NCBI GenBank assembly: GCA_045631065.1
Contig: JAZQUA010000069.1
Location: 1-41,528, forward strand
From: Candidatus Enterousia sp.
GTDB lineage: Bacteria; Pseudomonadota; Alphaproteobacteria; Rs-D84
Reading direction: 5' to 3'
DNA length: 41,528 nt
Below the pieces are notes generated by a model. The model was not told where the DNA came from and searched no databases. It saw only the letters and a list, made by a program, of their open reading frames with translations. The position numbers and the translations under genes were made by a program. Positions 34,944-41,528 of the stretch are shown here, one piece after another (the first letter of the stretch is position 1; each line of letters opens with the position of its first letter).

Positions 34944-35033
34944 ACACAAATCCTGTACAGATATTTTATCATAAACACCTTGCGTTTTTTAGCATAATTT
35001 ACAATCATTCATATGAAAGAAAGGAAGAAAATC

Positions 35034-35654
35034 ATGAAAAAATTGACATACTTAGCAATATTGACACTATTATCCACACCTACATTTGCATACAGCGACA
35101 GACACGAAACATATGCCGGTCTGCGCATTCACAAAAATGAAAACATTGCATTTGAATACGACATACATGGCGCATCTGACACAACTGTTCGTCGTGATAA
35201 TTTTGGCATGGGCGCCATTATCGGCAATCGGTTAAGCGATAATATATCTGTTGAATTTGAATCCTCATACACAGGCACAGAACACAAATACAGCACAACC
35301 AGTTTTAATTATGATGTTTGGGCAAATATGTTCAACGTGTACCTGTTCCACGAATTTTCAGACGCAATCGCACCATATGCAGGTCTGGGCATTGGCTTTG
35401 CCAGCATCTGGGGCGACATAAACACACCATATGCAACCCTGTCAGATTCAACGTTTGACCTGTCATACCAAGTAATGCTGGGGGTAAATTTTGCATTAAA
35501 CAACCGTATTGATTTAAATCTTGGTATTAAATATCAGTACTATGGTGAAATCGAACATAAATTACATGGCAACGAATTTGCAACAACAACTGCATCGGCA
35601 ACAGAATTCTATTTTGGTGCAGCATATAAATTTAGTTTAAACGAAATATTTTAA
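35034..35654 (+). CDS. Small outer-membrane beta-barrel protein (206 aa)
   Basis: AAAGGAAG lies before the ATG at 35034. The signal peptide is MKKLTYLAILTLLSTPTFA. The sequence alternates beta strands and ends in an aromatic-rich C-terminus. Confidence 0.65.
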   Translation: MKKLTYLAILTLLSTPTFAYSDRHETYAGLRIHKNENIAFEYDIHGASDTTVRRDNFGMGAIIGNRLSDNISVEFESSYTGTEHKYSTTSFNYDVWANMFNVYLFHEFSDAIAPYAGLGIGFASIWGDINTPYATLSDSTFDLSYQVMLGVNFALNNRIDLNLGIKYQYYGEIEHKLHGNEFATTTASATEFYFGAAYKFSLNEIF

Positions 35655-35659
35655 TAACT

Positions 35660-35688
35660 AAAAAAGCCGTCAAACGACGGCTTTTTTA
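35660..35688. terminator. Bidirectional intrinsic terminator
   Basis: The stem AGCCGTC(35665-35671)/GACGGCT(35676-35682) is flanked by A5 and T6. Confidence 0.7.
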
Positions 35689-36672
35689 GAATTCAAATCT
35701 TAACCCCAGCATCACATTTGCATAAATCATATTTTTTGCACTGAAAAATTCACGATGACGCGTATCATCAATATTTGTCAGCCCCCATTTGATACGTGGT
35801 ACATACATAACACGCGCGCCAAAGTCCAAGAACATACGTTCATTAATCCCATACGATACACCACCTGCCAGCAACCCAGCGACATTAGATGTATGGCGTT
35901 CAGACTTATAGAATTCTATCATATCCGTTCCACCGACATTAACAACTTCGCCATATGGGGTTAAATCCAGCTGATAAGCAATATCACCATATGGGTCAGA
36001 CAAATTCAACACAGTCTTGCTATCCGCATAACCAATACCAAAACCAACATACGGAATCGCAGTACGTAACGGTTTATACAAACCTTCATAAAAATCATAG
36101 AACGCCATAATACTGATAACATCAGTTGTAACATCAGAATTAACAGAACCGCTTTTCATTGGCAACGAAACACCTTCGGCACCAGGTTCCGCATCTTTTA
36201 GGGTAACATCACCCGCAAACATAGGCGATGCATTATAATCAGTTTTTACAATATGATCCCAACCTGCTTCGATTCGCCATTGTGGCATACCAGGCAATGT
36301 CCAACCAATACTTGCCCCTGCTGCAAACGAAAAACTGTCAAAATCTTTACTGGGTGGTATATCTGCAACCTCACTATATCCGGCATAAAACCAACCAGAT
36401 GGCGAACCAAGAACTTCTTCATAATATCCCTTGGTTGCAATTTCTGATTTATCAGGGCTTAAATAATATTCAGTCACAATCGCGCCTGCATTATTTTCAA
36501 TCGTGCCCACGGCATAAGAAGCCCCACCACGCACCGACAAAACAAATCGCGAACCATCATCCTGATACCATCCGTCACGCAAATAAATTCCATCATACTG
36601 CCACCCAGCAAACGCAGGCGCAGTCAAAACACAAGCCAAAATTGGTAAAATGCAAATATTTCTTCTTCTCAT
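35686..36672 (-). CDS. Outer-membrane beta-barrel protein (328 aa)
   Basis: From the internal ATG at 36672 it reads MRRRNICILPILACVLTAPAFA, a signal peptide. The C-terminus is ...MLGLRFEF. The ORF-track N-terminal extension is implausible. Confidence 0.65.
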   Translation of the reverse strand: MRRRNICILPILACVLTAPAFAGWQYDGIYLRDGWYQDDGSRFVLSVRGGASYAVGTIENNAGAIVTEYYLSPDKSEIATKGYYEEVLGSPSGWFYAGYSEVADIPPSKDFDSFSFAAGASIGWTLPGMPQWRIEAGWDHIVKTDYNASPMFAGDVTLKDAEPGAEGVSLPMKSGSVNSDVTTDVISIMAFYDFYEGLYKPLRTAIPYVGFGIGYADSKTVLNLSDPYGDIAYQLDLTPYGEVVNVGGTDMIEFYKSERHTSNVAGLLAGGVSYGINERMFLDFGARVMYVPRIKWGLTNIDDTRHREFFSAKNMIYANVMLGLRFEF

Positions 36673-36753
36673 ACTGCATATTATACCACAAAAAGCCCCA
36701 CGATAAAATAAAAATATAATCCAAACAAAAACCCACCAAACGGTGGGCATAAT

Positions 36754-36996
36754 TTATTTTTTTGATTTCTTTTTAGTAACGGCGCCTTTTTTAACTGCAA
36801 CTGTTTTCTTTACAGACAATGCCTTATACTCTTTATACAGTGCAGAAGCACATGTATAAACCAACAATGCAGATACAGCTGTAATCAAGCCAGCGACCAA
36901 ACCATCTGAAAACAGCGCAAACAACAACAACGCCACAGCCAAGATAACAGAATATCCCAAATTCTTTGATAAAACGGTTAATAATTTATCGAACAT
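36754..36996 (-). CDS. Small two-TM membrane protein with a Lys-rich C-terminal tail (80 aa)
   Basis: It has an AAGGA RBS and two hydrophobic helices. The tail reads KKTVAVKKGAVTKKKSKK. Confidence 0.5.
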   Translation of the reverse strand: MFDKLLTVLSKNLGYSVILAVALLLFALFSDGLVAGLITAVSALLVYTCASALYKEYKALSVKKTVAVKKGAVTKKKSKK

Positions 36997-37055
36997 TTTT
37001 CCATCCTTTTTATTGATACGAATTAATTATAAACGAACAAAAATAATTATTCCAA

Positions 37056-37093
37056 CAAAAAAGTATCGCCTAATCCAGGCGATACTTTTTTTT
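37056..37093. terminator. Bidirectional intrinsic terminator
   Basis: The 9-bp stem AGTATCGCC(37062-37070)/GGCGATACT(37078-37086) is flanked by A- and T-runs. Confidence 0.7.
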
Positions 37094-37121
37094 CAGGGGA
37101 GAAAACATGAAAACTTTTATA

Positions 37122-37841
37122 TTACAGCACTACATAACCACCGACACGTGCAGTCTTTGGTATTGGACCAAATGATGAACGTGGGCTGACATAGATATTT
37201 CCTGTGACAACAAAATCACCACAGAACTGTAATAAACCGATATCACGCAAAAACAAGTTACCATTAATTTTTACATCACAAGGCAAGGTATATTTATGCA
37301 TATTTTGCAAATATAAATTTCCATTAATCTGCGATTGGTTTTGCAGCAATTTACCTGCACCACGACTGTCGATAACAACATCGCCCAAGAATTTATTTTC
37401 TTGTTTTGCAATTTGTTTTTTCGCAATTACGACTTCTGATTTTTTCACAGGAACAACATTAACAGGTTCTGTAACTTCGTTATTAATAACAGGCAATACA
37501 GGTGCAGTATCAGTTTCTGCAACTGGTACTGTCACTGGTACAGGATCAGCAACGATAACCACTGGAGCCTTGTTGCAATTTGTAAAATCTAAAATCAACA
37601 TTGAAAATAAAACGATAATAGACACTAATAAGGTTGTATTAACCAAACCAATCACATTTATTTCACACAGCCAATTCCAAACCCAACGACAAAATTTTAC
37701 GATTTGACGAAATGGCCAGCAAACTATATTCCAAATACGTTTCAAAACAGAATTCTGTTTCTTTGATTTTTTTACTGTAACAGCCTTGCGAGTATTCTTT
37801 ACACGACGTGCAGCTGCTTTTACTTTCTTTTTAGTTGGCAT
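37122..37841 (-). CDS. Membrane-anchored hypothetical protein (Lys-rich N-tail, TM helix, Pro/Val linker, beta-helix-like repeats)
   Basis: The N-terminus reads PTKKKVKAAARRVKNTRKAVTVKKSKK. The TM helix is IGLVNTTLLVSIIVLFSMLIL. The linker is PVPVTVPVAETDTAPVLPV. The repeats are INGNLYLQN, INGNLFLRD and VTGNIYVSP. Confidence 0.55.
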   Translation of the reverse strand: MPTKKKVKAAARRVKNTRKAVTVKKSKKQNSVLKRIWNIVCWPFRQIVKFCRWVWNWLCEINVIGLVNTTLLVSIIVLFSMLILDFTNCNKAPVVIVADPVPVTVPVAETDTAPVLPVINNEVTEPVNVVPVKKSEVVIAKKQIAKQENKFLGDVVIDSRGAGKLLQNQSQINGNLYLQNMHKYTLPCDVKINGNLFLRDIGLLQFCGDFVVTGNIYVSPRSSFGPIPKTARVGGYVVL

Positions 37842-37971
37842 ATCATATACCCCTTTTGTTAGATTTATTTGATATTAATATAACCCAAAACTGTTATTTG
37901 TCAAGATGTTTTGTCAAAAAATATAATTATTTTGATTTTTTGTTTAAATATTTCTAAGCTATGTATCAGAA

Positions 37972-38700
37972 ATGAAGAAAATACTTGCTTTATCTTTATT
38001 ATTGTACGGATGTGCGACAACATGGCCTGTTCCACCTGCATTTATACAGCAAGACATAAAAACCACAGATTTTGAAATCCGAACATATCAGAAAAATCAT
38101 TCTATGACACAACCTGTACATATATATATCGAAGGTGACGGACACGCATTTAATGCACGTGGCACACCGACACACAATCCAACGCCACGTAATACATTTT
38201 TGCGAGACCTTGCCATATCAGACATACACCAAAACGTCGCATATATTGCCCGCCCATGCCAATATAATATGTCTGATAAATGCACGCAATCAGACTGGAC
38301 AGATGGGCGTTTTTCACAAAAAATCATTGATAATATGAGTCAGTCTATCAAACAAATTGCACAAAACAGACCATTAATACTGATTGGGTATTCAGGTGGC
38401 GCACTGTTATCTGGCCTGATAATACAACAAAACCCAGATATAAATGTTCAAGAATGGATTACAATTGCAGGGGTCTTGAATCACAATGATTGGACAAGTT
38501 ATTTTGGTGATAAACCACTCAACAAATCCATCGATTTATATACCCTGCCCCACGTGCAGCAAAAACATTATATCGCAGAAAAAGATTCTGTTGTACCATA
38601 CGAACTGTCGCAAAAATGGACAAACAACAACCTGATTGTAATTCCAAATGCAACCCACAATAACTTTCCAAATATAAAAATAAATTTTAGCAACCGTTGA
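37972..38700 (+). CDS. Lipoprotein alpha/beta-hydrolase, possibly VirJ/AcvB-like
   Basis: A lipobox is present (LLLYGC). The nucleophile elbow sits in LILIGYSGGALLSG. The upstream YIEGDG resembles the VirJ-family GDGGW region. Confidence 0.55.
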   Translation: MKKILALSLLLYGCATTWPVPPAFIQQDIKTTDFEIRTYQKNHSMTQPVHIYIEGDGHAFNARGTPTHNPTPRNTFLRDLAISDIHQNVAYIARPCQYNMSDKCTQSDWTDGRFSQKIIDNMSQSIKQIAQNRPLILIGYSGGALLSGLIIQQNPDINVQEWITIAGVLNHNDWTSYFGDKPLNKSIDLYTLPHVQQKHYIAEKDSVVPYELSQKWTNNNLIVIPNATHNNFPNIKINFSNR

Positions 38701-38730
38701 CAATATATTATTTTGTACTATAATAATAGT

Positions 38731-39459
38731 ATGAAAGAAATAAATATCGTTCCTTTATTTAATCAATCTGCCCCAAAAGTTTGGGATGATTTTATGCGCA
38801 TCCGTACGACAACCAGAAAAATCACATACAATATCGAAACCACAGATACAGATTTCAACGCAACAATGGATGAATTCAAAGAAAACTGGGCAAAACCCTA
38901 TCAAAACTTTGCATTTGCTGCATATGACAACTGTGACATGATTGGGTTTATCAGCGGTACATATGATATCAAAACCGCAAGAATAGAACACTTGTACGTT
39001 TTACCACAATACCAAGGGCAACGCATTGGAAAACGTTTATTGAACGCAGCGGAAACCGCGATTTCCGTTGACGCAGACACAACAGATTTAATATCAATGG
39101 GCACATCTGACAAGTTTTATGAAAAATATGGTTACATTTCTGAAACCAAGACAAACCATTATAAAAAGTCAGTTAAAAATTCTGGTCATTGTCAGGTTGC
39201 ACCCGTTTTCCGTTGTATGCCAACATTAATAAATAAATTTGCAAAAATATCAGGCAAACAAAAACAATCATTTAATCGTGCAGAATTATTAAAATCACGC
39301 ACACCTATATTTGTATATCGCGACATAAATTCAAACATTACAGGTTTTGGAATTTGTGGTGAAAACCCAGAAATTTACGCATCCAGTGATTGGGCAAGAA
39401 AACGCATTGAAAAAGCAATTAGTACATATAAAATGCAATTACAAACAAAATGCAAATAA
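38731..39459 (+). CDS. GNAT-family N-acetyltransferase with a ~90-aa C-terminal extension
   Basis: GNAT motif A is present (HLYVLPQYQGQRIGKRLLNAAE). I preferred the ATG at 38731 (MKEINIV) over the TTG at 38713. Confidence 0.7.
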   Translation: MKEINIVPLFNQSAPKVWDDFMRIRTTTRKITYNIETTDTDFNATMDEFKENWAKPYQNFAFAAYDNCDMIGFISGTYDIKTARIEHLYVLPQYQGQRIGKRLLNAAETAISVDADTTDLISMGTSDKFYEKYGYISETKTNHYKKSVKNSGHCQVAPVFRCMPTLINKFAKISGKQKQSFNRAELLKSRTPIFVYRDINSNITGFGICGENPEIYASSDWARKRIEKAISTYKMQLQTKCK

Positions 39460-39487
39460 AAAAAAATCCCAATTTTGGGATTTTTTA
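39458..39487. terminator. Bidirectional intrinsic terminator (GNAT/clpX)
   Basis: The stem ATCCCA/TGGGAT (39466-39481) is flanked by A9 and T6. Confidence 0.65.
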
Positions 39488-39488
39488 T

Positions 39489-40745
39489 TTATGCTGCTTT
39501 TTTTGCATCTTTCATAATTTCAATTGGCGATTTTTTTCCTTTGACGACATCTGCATCAATGACAATTTCTGCCAAGTCTTCTTTGTCTGGGGCATCAAAC
39601 ATAGACTGCATTAAAACGCGTTCCAAAATACTGCGCAAACCACGCGCGCCTGTTTTGCGCGCAACAGCCATCTTGGCAATTTCACGCAAACCATCATCAG
39701 TAAAGGTCAGCTTTACATCATCCATTGCCAACATTGCAGTAAATTGTTTTACAATCGCATTTTTGGGTTCTGTTAGAATCTTGACCAATGCATCTTCGTC
39801 CAGTTCTTGCAACGTTGTAATAACAGGCAGTCGTCCAATTAATTCTGGAATAATTCCAAATTTTACCAAATCTTCTGGTTCAACATCTTTCAAGAAATTC
39901 TTGGATTCACGTTCTTGCTTGGATTCAACATGTGCACCAAAACCAATTCCGCGACGTTCGCATGTACGATTACCAATAACCTTGTTCAAGCCATCAAATG
40001 CACCACCACAAATAAACAAAATCTTGCTGGTATCTAATTGGACTGTGGCCTCGCCAGGATGTTTGCGCCCTGCACCGCCAGCCGGAACATTTGCAACGGT
40101 CCCTTCGATTAATTTTAACAACGCCTGTTGCACACCTTCGCCAGACACATCACGTGTTAATGATGGATTTTCGGATTTACGCGCAATTTTATCAATTTCA
40201 TCAATATAGACAATTCCGCGACTTGCACGTTCAACATCAAAGTTTGCATTTTGTAACAAACGGTTTAAAACACTTTCAACATCATCACCAACGTATCCAG
40301 CCTCGGTCAATGTGGTTGCATCTGCGATTGCAAATGGCACATCCAATATACGCGCCAACGTCTGTGCAATCAATGTTTTTCCGGTACCAGTTGAACCAAT
40401 CAATAACACATTAGACTTTTGAATTTCAACATTTGAAGTCACAGTTACATTATGACGTTTAAAATGGTTATACACTGCGACAGCCAGGGTACGCTTTGCC
40501 GTATCTTGACCGATAATATATTCATCCAAAAACGCACAAATTTGGGATGGCGTTGGTAATTTTGCAGCATCTTTGCTGATTTCACGTCTGTTATCATCTG
40601 CCATAATATCATTACACAGATTAATACATTCATCACAAATGCAAACATTACGTCCACTGACCAGTTTTTTTACTTCATACACAGCCTTGCCACAAAAACT
40701 GCAAAACTGGGTATTTTCTGGATTTGGATTTTTATTATCAGTCAT
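39489..40745 (-). CDS. clpX: ATP-dependent Clp protease ATP-binding subunit ClpX
   Basis: The N-terminal zinc finger is present (CSFCGK...CICDECI). The Walker A motif is [17 protein letters not shown] and the C-terminal GARGLRS are present. Confidence 0.95.
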   Translation of the reverse strand: MTDNKNPNPENTQFCSFCGKAVYEVKKLVSGRNVCICDECINLCNDIMADDNRREISKDAAKLPTPSQICAFLDEYIIGQDTAKRTLAVAVYNHFKRHNVTVTSNVEIQKSNVLLIGSTGTGKTLIAQTLARILDVPFAIADATTLTEAGYVGDDVESVLNRLLQNANFDVERASRGIVYIDEIDKIARKSENPSLTRDVSGEGVQQALLKLIEGTVANVPAGGAGRKHPGEATVQLDTSKILFICGGAFDGLNKVIGNRTCERRGIGFGAHVESKQERESKNFLKDVEPEDLVKFGIIPELIGRLPVITTLQELDEDALVKILTEPKNAIVKQFTAMLAMDDVKLTFTDDGLREIAKMAVARKTGARGLRSILERVLMQSMFDAPDKEDLAEIVIDADVVKGKKSPIEIMKDAKKAA

Positions 40746-40772
40746 TTTAACACATCCCTGAATTCTAAGAAA

Positions 40773-41354
40773 TTATTTACGTTCCAATATTGCGTCAATC
40801 AGTCCGAAATCTTTGGCTTCAACCGGGTTCATCCAATTATCACGTTCCATCGCATCGAACAGTTCTTTTTCGGAACGACCTGTAAATTCAGACATTTGTT
40901 TAATTAAAACTTTCTTGTTCTTTACAAATTGATTCAGCTGAATTTCCATATCTGTAACCTGACCCTGGGTACCTGCCAGCGGCTGATGAATCATAATCTG
41001 TGTATTTGGCAGAACGAAACGTTTTCCCTTTTCACCCGCTGCCAATAATACAGAGCCCATTGATGCAACCAATCCCATACCAATTGTTGATACAGGCGCC
41101 TTGATATACTGCATCGTGTCCATAATTGCCCAACCGGCTGTAACCTCGCCCCCAGGGGAATTAATATACATAGAAATATCAGCATTTGGATTTTCAGATT
41201 CCAAGAACAACAATTGTGCCACGATACTGTTTGCCATTGCTGTTTCGATTGGACCATTTACCATAATAATTCTGTCGCGCAGCAAACGGGAATAAATATC
41301 GAACGAACGTTCCCCACGTGGCGATTCTTCGATAACCATTGGTATTAATGCCAT
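40773..41354 (-). CDS. clpP: ATP-dependent Clp protease proteolytic subunit ClpP
   Basis: From the internal ATG at 41354 it reads [30 protein letters not shown]... The catalytic regions GLVASMGS and IMIHQP are present. The 56-aa N-terminal extension in the ORF track is implausible. Confidence 0.95.
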   Translation of the reverse strand: MALIPMVIEESPRGERSFDIYSRLLRDRIIMVNGPIETAMANSIVAQLLFLESENPNADISMYINSPGGEVTAGWAIMDTMQYIKAPVSTIGMGLVASMGSVLLAAGEKGKRFVLPNTQIMIHQPLAGTQGQVTDMEIQLNQFVKNKKVLIKQMSEFTGRSEKELFDAMERDNWMNPVEAKDFGLIDAILERK

Positions 41355-41528
41355 AATACAAATCCTTTTATTTTCAAACGAAATTATATCACATTTTAAA
41401 ATGTTTCGCAAATGTATCATATATATAGGAAAAAACCACAAAAAAACAAGACTATTATTTACTGAATTACCGTCATCCCCCATCACACGTCGCCATACCA
41501 GAAAATCCCCACATACGTACACAATGGA

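Noticed and set aside
37108-37176. A 22-codon plus-strand ORF (MKTFILQHYITTDTCSLWYWTK) with a strong GGGGAG RBS.
   Set aside because: It overlaps the 3' end of the 239-aa gene in antisense and starts right after a bidirectional terminator. It is too short and unsupported, so it is probably fortuitous.
39475-40209. A 244-aa plus-strand ORF.
   Set aside because: It is entirely antisense to clpX, which has unmistakable motifs. Its Ser/Ile/Phe-rich low-complexity translation is typical of a shadow frame.
41355-41522. N-terminal extensions in the ORF track for clpP (56 aa). Similar extensions occur for rpsD (24 aa), the OMP at 36673-36750, carD and bamE.
   Set aside because: The extensions lack an RBS, are not protein-like and would bury the signal peptides or the conserved N-termini. 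Internal ATGs with an RBS give canonical proteins.
1-41528. A search by eye for CRISPR arrays, rRNA genes, IS elements with transposases, integrases, reverse transcriptases or known defence-system genes.
   Set aside because: I saw no regularly spaced direct repeats, no recognisable recombinase or nuclease ORFs and no long inverted terminal repeats. The only repeats found are the 31-nt tRNA-Pro duplicate, the heptamer array and the stereotyped terminator hairpins.

Overview
This is a gene-dense, low-GC chromosomal window with about 45 protein genes and 2 tRNAs. There is no rRNA, CRISPR array, transposase or integrase. It comes from a diderm bacterium. The gene content fits an alphaproteobacterium-like lineage with anaerobic metabolism, but that placement is inference, since no database search was possible. 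The supporting genes are CarD/CdnL, an RNase E with an acidic insert, LptC-LptB, BamE, CtpA, an EnvC-like activator, many small outer-membrane beta-barrels and a pyruvate:ferredoxin oxidoreductase. Recognisable housekeeping genes are rpsD, lptB, pth, polA, corA, acpS, carD, bamE, nifJ/PFOR, ctpA, rne, a class A PBP, clpX and clpP. Most transcription units end in a stereotyped A-tract/GC-hairpin/T-tract terminator that can work in both directions. Between the housekeeping genes lie many unrecognisable exported, often Cys-rich, proteins. Items most worth a second look: (1) Two promoter-to-terminator leaders (93-366 and 18972-19246, minus strand) share an anti-antiterminator/antiterminator/terminator triad and sit upstream of signal-peptide genes. 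They are a candidate new attenuator or riboswitch class. (2) A tRNA-Leu carries an apparent AAG anticodon (A34). (3) A tight three-gene envelope operon includes a beta-barrel with a Q/N/Y-rich prion-like N-terminus. (4) A 996-aa exported protein has a basic disordered N-terminus and Cys modules, with a heptamer repeat upstream. (5) A 31-nt duplication of the tRNA-Pro 3' end flanks an AT-rich islet. (6) Two stand-alone small-protein units are present, one a 33-aa Cys/Lys-rich peptide and one a 50-aa protein with a consensus promoter. (7) A Doc-like Fic protein lacks the catalytic His and is followed by a decayed gene. (8) A stand-alone MprF-type membrane domain and a separate VirJ/AcvB-like hydrolase-GNAT pair are present. 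All product calls rest on motif recognition by eye.
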